A DNA stretch of 64,000 nucleotides from Planctomycetota bacterium (GTDB taxonomy: Bacteria; Planctomycetota; SZUA-567; H5-PLA8): positions 1,223,316 through 1,287,315 of the forward strand of contig JAOSKN010000003.1 of NCBI GenBank assembly GCA_027493525.1, read 5' to 3'. A program made the translations under genes and the position numbers. Under the pieces are notes generated by a model. It searched no databases. It was not told the DNA's origin and saw only the letters and a list, made by a program, of their open reading frames with translations. Positions 1 to 10,174 of the stretch are shown here, piece after piece; position 1 is the first letter of the stretch; each line of letters begins with the position of its first letter.

Positions 1-155
1 AACGGTGAACGGTGAACGGTGAACGGTGAACGGTGAACGGTGAACGGTGAACGGTGAACGGCAGGTGCTCTAAGACACTTTACTGTTTCTTGCAGTTACT
101 ATTTACCGTTCACTGTTTACTGATCACTGTTTACTGATCACTGTTTACCGATCAA
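1..155. repeat. Heptamer array (AACGGTG)n at 1-60 with a degenerate inverted partner array at ~103-155
   Basis: About 8.5 perfect copies at the window start. ACCGTTC/ACTGTTT/ACTGATC units downstream are reverse-complement-like. Confidence 0.9.
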
Positions 156-174
156 CCATCTCAAGGATGCGCCC

Positions 175-1343
175 ATGTCCAACCTGACCTCCGCACTCCT
201 TCCCCTACTCCTCCTTGCGGCCTGCGCCGCGGCCCGCGCCGGCGACGGGGAGGCTCCGCCGAAGCCCGAGCGCGTCGTTTACGCCTGGTTCCCGGCCGAC
301 ATGAACGACTGGAGCACCGCCGCGGTGGACTGGTCGGCGCTCACCCATATCTGCTTCCGCTCCGCCGTCGTCCAGGCCGACGGCACGCTCAAGATCGGCG
401 GCGGCTGCGACCCCGAGAAGATCAAGGCCCTCGTCGCCGAGGCCCACGCGCACAAGGTCAAGGTCTGCGTCCTCGTCTGGGGCAGCGGGCGCAAGGCCGC
501 CGACGCGTACCTCGCCGAGCACGCCAAGACCTTCGCCGACGAGGTCCTCAAGTTTCTCAAGGAGTACGGCCTGGACGGTGTCAACCTCGACGACGAGACC
601 TGGCAGGAGCACAACGAGGTCGCCGGCGACTCCAACCGCGACCGCGTCAACCTGCTCTTCAAGACCCTCCACGACACGCTCAAGGCCGCTAACCCCGCCT
701 ACCACATCAGCTACGCCGCCCCGCCCGTCATCTCCGCCGACGACAAGTACGGCGCGGCCTGGCTCGACTTCAAGACCATCGTCCGGCACGTCGATCACAT
801 CACCTTCATGTCCTACTGCATGTTCACCCCCACCATCGGCTGGACCGGCAGCGCGCAGCCCGTCCGCGGCGGCGGCAAGGTCGGCGCCCACGCGCGCGAC
901 TACGACACCGTGATCAAGGACTACCTCGAAGCCACCGGCGGGGCGAAGGAGAAGCTCGTCCTGGGCCTGGGCCTCCACCGCGGCGGCAACGAGTGGACCG
1001 TCTCCAGCGACAAGCCCCTCGCCGGCATCTATCCGCTTCTCGCCAAGCCCCGCAAGCTCACCGCCGCCGAGGCCGCCGAGCAGGCCAAACGGCACGGCCG
1101 CCGCTTCGACCCCGAGCAGCAGGCCCCTGGTACTGCTACAAGGATAACGACGTCTTCGTGCAGGGCTGGTACGAGGACGACGAGTCCCTCGCCGCCAAGC
1201 TCAAGCTCGCCCGCGAACACGGCCTCCCCGGCGTCTGCCTCTGGGTCCTCGACGGCAAGGCCGAGCCCGCCTCCACCTTCAAGCTCCTGAAGGAGCACGT
1301 CCTCGACGCGCCCGCCCCCGCCGCCGCCCCCGCGGAAAAGTGA
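175..1343 (+). CDS. Secreted GH18 (chitinase-like) glycoside hydrolase, frameshifted at ~1125
   Basis: Signal peptide, GLDGVNLDDE (DxxDxDxE-like) motif. The C-terminal WYEDDESLAAKLKLAREHGLPGVCLW lies in ORF 993..1343; adding one C to the C-run at ~1125 joins the frames. Confidence 0.85.
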
Positions 1344-1397
1344 ACCGCGCGCACGGCGCTAACTCGATCACGCCCTGAAATTCCCCCGGGAATTCTA

Positions 1398-1443
1398 TTG
1401 TCTTACAAATGCCGCAGGGGTATTATAAGTGTACTAGTTCACT
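1398..1443 (+). promoter_or_regulatory. sigma70-like promoter with a downstream palindromic operator
   Basis: TTGTCT(1398)-17 nt-TATTAT(1421), then near-palindrome AGTGTACTAGTTCACT (1428-1443), then RBS AGGAGG. Confidence 0.6.
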
Positions 1444-1454
1444 AGGAGGCCCCC

Positions 1455-3377
1455 ATGCCCGAACCCCGCAGCCTCTTCGGCCAGGCGCTCCTCGAACGCA
1501 AACACGCGCCCGGCCTCGAGTTCTTCCGCGAGCACCTGCGCGCGCGCTGCGAAGCGATCCGGACCCCCGGCTCGCGCTACCACCTCGACTGGCGCGCGTG
1601 CGAGCTCCCCATCTGGAAGCAGCGCATGGGCTGCCGCGCCATCCCCGCCGCCCTCGAACAGTTCAGCTTCGCCGCCGTGCTCCTCGACGAAGCCCACGCC
1701 GCGCACGCCCGCGACCTCTTCATGACCCTGGTCGACCGCCGCATCGACGAGGAGATGGAGACCCTCAACCCGCACGGCGTACTCCACAAGGGCTGGCGGC
1801 ACACCCCGCTCGATGCCGGCGCCAGCTCCGTCGCCCTGGGCCTGGCCTTCGACGCGCTCCACCCGTTCCTCGCCGCCGCCGAGCGCGTGAAGATCGGCGC
1901 GTGGCTGCGGCCCTTCATCGAGTACCTCTTCGAGCATGCCCCGGATCCCGACGAGCTGAAGCCCGAATGGAACATCGCCAGCACCGCGACGACCGGCCTC
2001 GCCCTCCTCGCCCTCGCGCTCCACGACGCCGGCCTGCTTGACGAGGCGCGCTGCGAGCGCGCGCAGCGCATGGCCCTGCATCGCGCGAAGGTGCTCCTCG
2101 GCCGCTGCGTGGACGCCGGAGGCGCGCTCTTCGAGGGGCCCTGCTACGGCGCCAGCGCCCTCGAGTACGTCGCCGCCTACGCCTACGCCCGCGCGCGCCT
2201 CGGCGACCGCGAACTCCTCGGCCACCCCGCCTGGGCGCTCGCCGTCCGCGGGCTCGTCCACGAACTCGTCCCCGCCACCGGCGTCCCCAACCACCTCAAC
2301 GACTGCAACGAACCCCACGCGCTCCCCTGGCTGGCCCTCGCCGCCTCCAGCGCCCGCGACGGCCTCGCCCAGTGGCTCTGGCAGCGCATGACCAACTTCC
2401 CCGAAGCGCCGCGCATCCAGCCCGATGAACGCGACGTCTGGCGCGCCTTCGAGACCCGCTACCTGCTCTACTGCGACCCCGCGCTGAAGCCCGTCCCGCC
2501 CCGCGAGGCCGGCCTGCCGCTGCGCATGCGCTTCCCCGAACGCGACCTCGTCGACCTCCGCACCGGCTGGGACCGCGACGACGCCTTCCTCTCCTTCGTC
2601 TGCGACCACTCGCCCCGCGGCGGGCACCGCCAGGCCGACCGCGGACACTTCGCCTTCCACGCCCTCGGCGAAGCCTTCGCCGTCGACACCGGCTACGGCA
2701 AGGTCGCCGTCCACGGCGCGGGAACCCTGCGCATGGGCGCCCTCGGCGAAGCGCACAACCTGCCCCTGATTCACGGCGAAATGCAGCATGAAATGCCCGC
2801 CCCCGGCGGCATCCGCAAGCTGGACTTGGACGCCGAGATTCCCCGCGTCGAAGCCGAAATCGGCGCCAGTTGGCGCTCCCTGAACCGCTTCACCCGCCGC
2901 CTCGCCTGGCTCCCCGGCGCCCCCGGCGAAGCGCCGTTCCTCCTCGTCGCGGACCTCGCCGAGTGGGACGCCGAAGGCCCCGTCCTCACCTCCTGGCTGC
3001 TCCACACCCACGCCCGCAACAGCGCCGAGTTCGACGGCCCCCAGGCCGTCCTCACCGGCGGGAACGCCGGCCAGCGCTGCCTCGTGCGGATGCTCGCCCC
3101 CGGTATCGGGCACTGGCGGCAAGAGGCCTTCCTCGGCCATCCGCGCCTGCGCTACGACCGCATCGCCCAGCCGCTGCTTGCCCTGGTCCTCCTCGCGCCG
3201 TTCAAAGCCGGCGCCGAACCGCCGCGCGTGGAAACCCACGCCGAACCCGAAGGCTGCGCCCTCCGCGTCCGCAACGGCCCGCATGCCTACGCCGCCGCCC
3301 TCGCCCTCCCCGGGCGCAGCCTCGAATGGAATGGGATGAAGACGGATGGAGAATTCTCGGTAAAAATCGAGCGCTAA
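1455..3377 (+). CDS. Heparinase II/III-like (alpha-toroid + beta-sandwich) lyase family protein
   Basis: WN, FEGPCYG, NDCN, LRTGWD, GHRQADRGHF, DTGYG and AHN motifs. Confidence 0.7.
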   Translation: MPEPRSLFGQALLERKHAPGLEFFREHLRARCEAIRTPGSRYHLDWRACELPIWKQRMGCRAIPAALEQFSFAAVLLDEAHAAHARDLFMTLVDRRIDEEMETLNPHGVLHKGWRHTPLDAGASSVALGLAFDALHPFLAAAERVKIGAWLRPFIEYLFEHAPDPDELKPEWNIASTATTGLALLALALHDAGLLDEARCERAQRMALHRAKVLLGRCVDAGGALFEGPCYGASALEYVAAYAYARARLGDRELLGHPAWALAVRGLVHELVPATGVPNHLNDCNEPHALPWLALAASSARDGLAQWLWQRMTNFPEAPRIQPDERDVWRAFETRYLLYCDPALKPVPPREAGLPLRMRFPERDLVDLRTGWDRDDAFLSFVCDHSPRGGHRQADRGHFAFHALGEAFAVDTGYGKVAVHGAGTLRMGALGEAHNLPLIHGEMQHEMPAPGGIRKLDLDAEIPRVEAEIGASWRSLNRFTRRLAWLPGAPGEAPFLLVADLAEWDAEGPVLTSWLLHTHARNSAEFDGPQAVLTGGNAGQRCLVRMLAPGIGHWRQEAFLGHPRLRYDRIAQPLLALVLLAPFKAGAEPPRVETHAEPEGCALRVRNGPHAYAAALALPGRSLEWNGMKTDGEFSVKIER

Positions 3378-3437
3378 GCGGTGCGGATAAGAGGGCGTCC
3401 TAAGCGGCTTCGGAGCGCCGGGCAAGCGAGGCGAGCC

Positions 3438-4163
3438 TCAGGCCTCATCTCTTGCGTCTTGCCCCTCACATTCCGCATTTCGAATTCCGCATTCCGCATT
3501 TTCCGCTCCCCGGCCGCCCCTCCTCACCCACCACAACAACCCCTGCCCCGCCAGCAGCCCCAGCGCGCCGTAAAAGCCGGCGATCCGGAGCGGCGCGGTC
3601 TCGTAATCCGTCAGGCGCTGGAGGAAGACCGCCCACGAGGTGAAGAGCGGCGTCACGAGGCAGTAGAAGGCCAGCAGCGACGCGCAGCCCAGCCCGAGGT
3701 AACTCAGCGCGTACCCCAGCGCGAAGGCCCAGCGCGGCCTGAAGCGGAAATGCCCGCGCCGCGAAGCGTGCAGCAGGCTGATCACCAGCGCCCCGGCCCA
3801 CGCCGCGCCGCCCAGCACGCCGTACGGCACGAAATTCGGCTCGTACAACGCCAGGAAGCCCGCGAAGTAGCCGGCCACCAGGAAGCTCCCGGCCAAGAGG
3901 TCGGTCGTGAAGAGCTGCGCCTTGAGGTCCCGCTCCGCCCGCCGCCGGCGCGCCTCCAGGACCATCAGCCGCCACGACGCGAGCGCCGCGACGGCCAGCA
4001 GCGCGCCGAAGACCGTCCAGTTCAGCCCCGCGCGAGGTATCCGCCCGCCGAAGAGCGCCCAGCCGAACATCACCAGCCCCGACGAAGAGAGCGCGATCAG
4101 CGTCCAGATCAGCCCGCGTTCCAACGCCGCCGGCCGGTTCGTTGAAGCCTCGCCCTCGCCCAT
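3438..4163 (-). CDS. Multi-pass membrane protein of unknown function
   Basis: About 6 hydrophobic segments; the C-terminus runs through a TTCCGCA heptamer tract. Confidence 0.65.
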   Translation of the reverse strand: MGEGEASTNRPAALERGLIWTLIALSSSGLVMFGWALFGGRIPRAGLNWTVFGALLAVAALASWRLMVLEARRRRAERDLKAQLFTTDLLAGSFLVAGYFAGFLALYEPNFVPYGVLGGAAWAGALVISLLHASRRGHFRFRPRWAFALGYALSYLGLGCASLLAFYCLVTPLFTSWAVFLQRLTDYETAPLRIAGFYGALGLLAGQGLLWWVRRGGRGAENAECGIRNAECEGQDARDEA

Positions 4164-4175
4164 CCCTCGCCCTCG

Positions 4176-4320
4176 CGTGCCACGGGTCGGCGATGCCGCT
4201 GTAGCGCCGGCGTCCTCGCCGGCTCGCGTGGGCGTCCCGCCCGCGCGTCTTTTCGTTCTCCCGTACCGCGAACATCCGGGCCGCCCGCCGCGCCACGGGT
4301 CAGCGAAGCTGCCCCGTGCC
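4176..4320. repeat. REP cluster (CGTGCCACGGGTCGGCGAAGCCGCCCCGTGCC family + GTAGCGCCGGCGTCCTCGCCGGC family)
   Basis: Hairpin units also recur at 5855-6120, 10175-10495, 13875-13990, 15165-15300, 30738-30770 and 41905-41995 (inverted). Confidence 0.9.
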
Positions 4321-4533
4321 TCCCCTCCTCCGTACCCCCCCGCTCCGCCCTACATCCTATACCGAATTCCCTGTATGCTCGCGACGGATTGGTGAAGCTC
4401 GGCGCGCATGAGCGCGTCCTTTGAAATCCGCGCGGCGCCGGGCGGCCTCGAGTTCGCCGTCCACGTGAGCCGTACGATGTCGCGGAATGCTTCGTTCCAG
4501 TCGTCTGGCTCGCGTACCGGAGGTCCGAAGCGC

Positions 4534-5895
4534 ATGCTCATCCTGACGGAACTGGCCATCGTGCTGGCCCTGGTTGGCGTCAACGGGCTCTTCGCGATGT
4601 CCGAAATGGCGCTCGTTTCGGCTCGCCGCGCGCGGCTCCAGCGCCTGGCCGCCGGCGGCAGGGGCGGCGCGGACGCCGCGCTCAAGCTCAAGGACAACCC
4701 CGACGACTTCCTGGCCGCCGTGCAGATCGGGATCACGCTGATCGGGATCGTCGCCGGCGCGTTCGGCGGGGCGAGCCTCGCGACGAAGCTCGCCGAATGG
4801 ATCGGCCGCATCGAGCCCCTGGCGCCTTACGGCCAGCCGCTCGGTTTCGGGCTCACCGTGGGATCGATTACCTACCTCTCGCTGGTGCTCGGCGAGCTGG
4901 TGCCCAAGCGGCTGGCGCTGGCGCATCCGGAGGTCCTGGCCGTGTGGCTCGCGCGCCCGATGCGGGTCCTTGCGCGCCTGACGCATCCGGCGGTGCGCGT
5001 GCTGAGCTTCTCGACGAGCCTGCTGCTCAAGCTGCTTCCCGTCCCGCACGCCAGCGAACCCGCGGTGACGGAGGAGGAATTGAAGCTGCTCATGGACCAG
5101 GCGGCCCAGTCGGGCGTGCTCAAGCGCGGCGAGCAGGCGCTGCTGAACAACGTCCTGCGCCTGGACGATCTGCCCGTCGGCCGGCTCATGACGCCGCGCG
5201 ACGAACTGGTCTGGATCGACGCGTCCGACCCCGCCGCGATCGACTGGATCGCCCTCGGGCAATCCCGGCACACCCACTTTCCCGTCTGCCGGGGAAGCCT
5301 GAATCACATCCTGGGCATGCTGGCCGTGAAGGACATCTGGGCCGAGGGCATGTCGGGGAAAGCGCCCGACGTGGCCAGCAGGCTGTCCGCGCCCCTGTAC
5401 GTGCCCGAGACCAGCACCGGGGCGCGGCTCCTGGAACTCTTCAAGCAGATGAACCTGCGCCAGGCGCTGGTCATCGACGAGTACGGACTCGTCCTGGGCA
5501 TCGTGACCCTCAACGACATCCTCAAGGCCATCGTGGGCGGGCTGCCGGCGGCGCCCGCGGTGGAACCGGACATCGCGAAACGGCCCGACGGCTCCTACCT
5601 CGTCGACGGCCTGGTCTATCTCGACCGCCTGAAAGACGTGCTCGAACTGGGCGCGCTCCCCGGCGAAAACGACGCCGGGTATAAGACGGCCGGCGGACTC
5701 GCCATGCACGTGCTCCAGAAGGTCCCGCGAGCGGCCGAACGCTTCGACCTCCAGGACTGGACCTTCGAAGTCGTGGACATGGACGGCAACCGCGTGGATA
5801 AGCTGCTGGTGACCCCGAAAAAAAGGGAACGTGATACGGAGCCGCGCCCGCCCGCGTGCCACGGGTCAGCGAAGCTGCCCCGTGCCCGCCCGTAG
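4534..5895 (+). CDS. Hemolysin-family CNNM/CBS/CorC_HlyC protein (TlyC-like)
   Basis: NGLFAMSEMALVS, VQIGITLIG, GELVPK, CBS pair, IDEYG and VVDMDGNRVDK. RBS GGAGG before ATG 4534; the ORF is open from 4408. The true stop is probably TGA ~5833 if the A7 run is really A8. Confidence 0.9.
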   Translation: MLILTELAIVLALVGVNGLFAMSEMALVSARRARLQRLAAGGRGGADAALKLKDNPDDFLAAVQIGITLIGIVAGAFGGASLATKLAEWIGRIEPLAPYGQPLGFGLTVGSITYLSLVLGELVPKRLALAHPEVLAVWLARPMRVLARLTHPAVRVLSFSTSLLLKLLPVPHASEPAVTEEELKLLMDQAAQSGVLKRGEQALLNNVLRLDDLPVGRLMTPRDELVWIDASDPAAIDWIALGQSRHTHFPVCRGSLNHILGMLAVKDIWAEGMSGKAPDVASRLSAPLYVPETSTGARLLELFKQMNLRQALVIDEYGLVLGIVTLNDILKAIVGGLPAAPAVEPDIAKRPDGSYLVDGLVYLDRLKDVLELGALPGENDAGYKTAGGLAMHVLQKVPRAAERFDLQDWTFEVVDMDGNRVDKLLVTPKKRERDTEPRPPACHGSAKLPRARP

Positions 5896-6120
5896 CGCCG
5901 GCGTCCTCGCCGGCTCGCGTGGGCGTCCCGCCCGCGCGTCTGTTCGTTCTCCCGTACCGCGAGCATCCCGCCTCCCCCGCCGTGCCACGGGTCGGCGAAG
6001 CCGCCGTAGCGCCGGCGTCCTCGCCGGCTCGCGTGGGCGTCCCGCCCGCGCGTCTTTTCGTTCTCCCGTACCGTGAGCATCCCGCCCGCGTGCCACGGGT
6101 CGGCGAAGCCGCCCCGTGCC
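5855..6120. repeat. REP cluster (tandem composite units)
   Basis: Two near-identical ~115-bp composite REP units plus a terminal hairpin. Confidence 0.9.
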
Positions 6121-6202
6121 GCGCCTCCGTGCCCCCGCCCCGCCCTACACTCCATACCGGATTCCCGGTATGCTCGCGAAAGGTCGGCGAGGAGTAACGC
6201 GC

Positions 6203-6499
6203 ATGAGCGCAGCCTTCGAGATCCGCGCGGCGCCGGGCGGCGTCGAGTTCGCCGTCCACGCAAGCCCCGGCAGCTCGAAGGCCGGCGTGCGCGGCCTCCA
6301 CGGCGCGGCCCTCAAGGTCGCCGTCAACGCCCCGCCGGAGAAAGGAAAAGCCAACGCCGCGCTCGAACGGCTCCTCGCCGAGGTCCTCGGCGTACCCCCG
6401 AAGGCCGTAACCGTCGTCGCCGGCCTCGCGTCACGCCAGAAGCGCGTCCGCGTCCAGGGCCTCGACGCCCAAACCGCCCGCAAGCGCCTGGGCATCTGA
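6203..6499 (+). CDS. yggU: DUF167/UPF0235 family protein
   Basis: VHASPGSSK, LKVAVNAPPEKGKAN and GLASRQKRV motifs; close to proC/yggS; RBS GAGGAG. Confidence 0.88.
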   Translation: MSAAFEIRAAPGGVEFAVHASPGSSKAGVRGLHGAALKVAVNAPPEKGKANAALERLLAEVLGVPPKAVTVVAGLASRQKRVRVQGLDAQTARKRLGI

Positions 6500-6614
6500 G
6501 CCCGTCGCCCCTGCCTCAAGCGTTTTCCCCTGCTCCTCGAGAAGGGGCAGGGACGGCGCCCCAAGAATCCGGCGGGGAACCGCGGAGAAGACAAAGCGCG
6601 CGGAGAGGGGATTT

Positions 6615-6755
6615 AGGATTGCGGATTGCGGATTGCGGATTGCGGATGCACTTTCAAACCGCATTACACAGTTCAAAGAATTAATTTACGAGCCAGCGGC
6701 TGGAAATGTGATCAAAGAAATCGGCTGATTAATTCCGCAATCCGCAATCCGCAAT
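6615..6755. repeat. Inverted pair of heptamer arrays (GGATTGC)n / (CCGCAAT)n between convergent genes
   Basis: Seen directly at 6615-6650 and 6733-6755. Confidence 0.85.
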
Positions 6756-6759
6756 GAGC

Positions 6760-8025
6760 CTACTTCTTGTCCCCGAACAGCCCGAAGAACCGGCTCCGCC
6801 GGTTGCGCCGCCGCGACGACGAACGATGCACCGCGCTGATCGCGCCGCTCGGGCTGCGGTACGACGTCGTGTCCGTGTCCTTCACCCCGCTGCGGATCTG
6901 GTCCAGCGCCCGCTCCAGGTCCCGCACCAGCGTCGAGGCCGTCTGCTGCCGCTCGCCGGGCTTCTTGCGCATCATCCGGTCCACCACGAAGTACACCATC
7001 GGCGCCTGCCCCGGCACCAGCCGCTCGATCGGCTCCGGGTCCTCGAAAACCTGCTTCTCCATGATCTCCTTCGCGTCCTTGCCCGTGAAGGGGACCTTCC
7101 CCGTCAGCATCCGCCAGTAGCTCACGCCCAGGCTGTAGATGTCCGCGCGGTGGTCCAGCGGCAGCCCGCGCGCCTGCTCCGGCGCCATGTAGTGCGGGCT
7201 CCCGAAGACGCCCTCGCTCTGGTCGGCCTTGCCCTTCTCGTTCAGCGTCTTCGCGATCCCCAGGTCCGCCAGCCGCACCTCGCCCGACTCCGTCAGCATC
7301 AGGTTGTCCGGCTTGATGTCGCAGTGCACGATCTTCGACTTCTCGGCGTACTCCAGCGCCCGCGCCGCCTGCAGGACGATCTCCGTCGCGCGCACCGCCT
7401 CCAGCTTCCGCCCGCGGCTGATCAGGTCCTGCACCGAACCCCCGCCGACGAACTCCATCGAGAGGAAGTAGACCCCGCCCTCCTCGCCGACCTCGTGCAC
7501 CCCGATCACGTTCGGATGGTTCAGCCGCCCCGCCGCGCGCGCCTCCGAAAGGAACCGCTCCACGAACGAGCGGTCGCGGACCAGCTCCGGCGCGAGGATC
7601 TTCAGCGCCACCGTCCGCCCCAGCGAGATCTGCGTCGCCTTGTAGACCTCGCCCATCCCGCCCACGCCGATCCGCGTCTGCAGGTGGTATCCGCCGATCT
7701 TCTGTCCCGCCAGCGAGCCCTCGCTCTTGTCGCTGTCCGAAAGAAAACTCAGCAGCGTCTCGCCCAGCCGCACCGTGTCGCCCACGCACAGCATCGTGTC
7801 CTTCGCGATCTTCATCCCGTTCACGAGCGTGCCGTTGTGGCTTTCCAGGTCGGTGATGACGTAAAGTTCCTTCTGCCGCTGGATCTGGAAATGCGTCCGC
7901 GAGACCAGGAAGTCCGTGAGGATCAGATCGCACTGCGCCGAACGCCCGATCACGTAGGCGCGATCTTCCTCAAGATTGAGGCTCACGCCCTTCTCGTTGC
8001 CGCGTTCGACGATCAGGCGAGGCAT
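6760..8025 (-). CDS. FHA-domain Ser/Thr protein kinase
   Basis: FHA motifs IGRS, VSRTH, SHNGT; kinase motifs IGVGGMGEVY, VALK, HCDIKPDN, DLG, YMAPE. Confidence 0.95.
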   Translation of the reverse strand: MPRLIVERGNEKGVSLNLEEDRAYVIGRSAQCDLILTDFLVSRTHFQIQRQKELYVITDLESHNGTLVNGMKIAKDTMLCVGDTVRLGETLLSFLSDSDKSEGSLAGQKIGGYHLQTRIGVGGMGEVYKATQISLGRTVALKILAPELVRDRSFVERFLSEARAAGRLNHPNVIGVHEVGEEGGVYFLSMEFVGGGSVQDLISRGRKLEAVRATEIVLQAARALEYAEKSKIVHCDIKPDNLMLTESGEVRLADLGIAKTLNEKGKADQSEGVFGSPHYMAPEQARGLPLDHRADIYSLGVSYWRMLTGKVPFTGKDAKEIMEKQVFEDPEPIERLVPGQAPMVYFVVDRMMRKKPGERQQTASTLVRDLERALDQIRSGVKDTDTTSYRSPSGAISAVHRSSSRRRNRRSRFFGLFGDKK

Positions 8026-8037
8026 TCGTAACTCCGT

Positions 8038-8216
8038 AGTAATCAGTAATCAGTAATCAGTAATCAGTAATCAGTAATCAGTAATCAGTAATCAGTAATC
8101 AACCACTGCCACTGCATGTCAAGAAATCCCAATTCTGTTCACTGTTCACTGACCACTGATCACTGTTCACTGTTCACTGACCACTGTTCACTGTTCACTG
8201 ATCACTGATCACTGAC
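8038..8216. repeat. Inverted pair of heptamer arrays (AATCAGT)x~9 / (ACTGTTC, ACTGATC)n
   Basis: Seen directly at 8038-8101 and 8135-8216. Confidence 0.9.
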
Positions 8217-9040
8217 TACGGTCCCTGCCCCAGTTCCCGGCTCCGCTCCGCCGCGCGCCGGATCGCCGCGGTGAGCTTCTCCTTCACCCCGTCGGCCTCC
8301 AGCCGCTCCACCGCCGCCTGCGTGGTGCCGTTGGGACTCGTCACGCGCCGGCGCAGTTCCTCCGGCGCCAGGCCCGTCTCCTCCAGCAGCTTCGCCGCGC
8401 CCAGGCACGTCCGCGTGCTCAATTGCAGCGCCTGCTGCGGCGTGAAACCCTCGCGAATCCCCGCCTCGACCATCGCCTCGACCAGGTAGAACAGGTACGC
8501 CGGGCCGCTCCCCGAAAGCCCCGTCACCGCGTCCATCATCCGCTCTTCGACGCGCAGCACGACCGCGGAACTCGAAAGCAGCGTCTCGATCGCGCGCAGG
8601 TCCGGCTCCGTCGCGTGCCGGCCCGCGCACAGGCACGCCGCGCCCAGGCCCACCAGCATCGGCGTGTTCGGCATCACCCGCACCGTCCGCGCGCCCGCCG
8701 GAAGCCCCGCCTCCAGCCGCCGCGTCGGCACCCCCGCCGCGATCGACGCCAGCAGGTGCCGCTTCACCTCGAAGAACGCGCCGATGTCCTTCAAGACCTC
8801 TTCGATCGTCTGCGGCTTCACGCACAGCACCAGCACGTCCGCCGCCTCGAGCACCTCGCGGTTGGTCCGCGCCGCGCGCACCCCGAGTTCCTTCGCGAAG
8901 AGCTCCCGCCGCGCGTCCGATACGTCGCTGGCGATCACACGGTCTTTCGGCAGCAGATTGCTCTTGATTACACCGCGCGCCAGCGCCTCGGCCATGTTGC
9001 CCGCGCCCAGCAGTCCCAACGTCCGGCTCGCCAATTCCAT
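8216..9040 (-). CDS. proC: Pyrroline-5-carboxylate reductase
   Basis: GAGNMA, CVKPQ, RVMPNTP, GLSGSGPAY and VTSPNGTT motifs. Confidence 0.97.
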   Translation of the reverse strand: MELASRTLGLLGAGNMAEALARGVIKSNLLPKDRVIASDVSDARRELFAKELGVRAARTNREVLEAADVLVLCVKPQTIEEVLKDIGAFFEVKRHLLASIAAGVPTRRLEAGLPAGARTVRVMPNTPMLVGLGAACLCAGRHATEPDLRAIETLLSSSAVVLRVEERMMDAVTGLSGSGPAYLFYLVEAMVEAGIREGFTPQQALQLSTRTCLGAAKLLEETGLAPEELRRRVTSPNGTTQAAVERLEADGVKEKLTAAIRRAAERSRELGQGP

Positions 9041-9394
9041 GAAGCGTCAACCCGTCCGTGCGCGGCACGCCAACTCGAAGGTGAACCCGTCCCGTCCGCC
9101 CCGCGTGCTCTGGCCCTCTGCGGTTGGAAGAGGTCGATGCAAATGCTAACGCACCTTGCGTAGTTGCCAACTGGGAAAAGGAACCCGCCCCGCGCTCGTC
9201 TCCATGCCTTCCTACTTATCCTTGTCTCCTGCGCCTTGATCGCTTTCCCTTCCTCCCCGAGGAGGGGCAGGGGCGGCGCCGAACCAATCCGCGCGAAGCG
9301 CGCCCCAATTCCGAATGGAGTTCAGACTAAAATTGCTCGGCGTTCTCCGCGTCTTCTGCGGTTCAAGCCGTGTGGTCGTGTGCGGAAGGCGGGA

Positions 9395-10123
9395 CTACGC
9401 AAAGAGCGCCGATCCCACCCGCACCATCGTCGCGCCTTCCTCCACCGCCGCCTCATAGTCCTGCGTCATGCCCATCGATAACTCGAGCAGCGGCGCCGGC
9501 GCCCAGCCTTGCGCGTTGGCCTCCTCCAGCAGCGCCCGCAGCCGCGCGAAGACCGGGCGCGCAACCCGCTCCGCGTCGTCCCCGTGCGGCGCCATCGCCA
9601 TCAAGCCCGCCACGCGGCACGGCGCGCACGCCGCCGCCTCGCCCAGAAACCCGCGCAGTTCGCCCGGCGCCAGCCCGTGCTTCTGCGCCTCGCCGCTCAC
9701 GTTCACCTCCGCCAGGCAGGGGACCTCCGCCAGCCCGCGCTTGCGCGCCTCCCGCGCGATCTCGCGGAGCAGCCGGCTCGAATCCACCGCGCCCAGCCAG
9801 GCGTAGTCGCGCAATGCGTATTTGACTTTGTTCGTCTGGAGGTGCCCGATGAAGTGCCAGCGCGCCCCGGCCGCGGCAACCTCGCCGCGCAGCGCCTCGA
9901 GCTTCTCCCGCGCGTCCTGGATCCGGTTCTCCCCCAAGTCGCGCACGCCCCCGGCCAAGAGCGCCCGGACCTCCGCCGCGCCGACGTACTTCGTCACCGC
10001 GATCAGCCGCACCCCCGCCGCGTCGCGCCCGGCCCGCGCCGCCGCCGCGCCGATCCGCGCCCGCACCTCCGCCAGGTTCCGCGCGATCCGCTCGGGTTCG
10101 ATCGAAGGAAGCCGCTCCGCCAT
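9395..10123 (-). CDS. yggS: PLP homeostasis protein YggS
   Basis: LIAVTK, GENRIQ, WHFIGHLQTNK, LSMGMTQDY and VRVGSALF motifs. Confidence 0.96.
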   Translation of the reverse strand: MAERLPSIEPERIARNLAEVRARIGAAAARAGRDAAGVRLIAVTKYVGAAEVRALLAGGVRDLGENRIQDAREKLEALRGEVAAAGARWHFIGHLQTNKVKYALRDYAWLGAVDSSRLLREIAREARKRGLAEVPCLAEVNVSGEAQKHGLAPGELRGFLGEAAACAPCRVAGLMAMAPHGDDAERVARPVFARLRALLEEANAQGWAPAPLLELSMGMTQDYEAAVEEGATMVRVGSALFA

Positions 10124-10174
10124 GCTGGGAAGGTAATCGCTCGTCCGTACACGGCAAACGGTGGATTCGGAATC

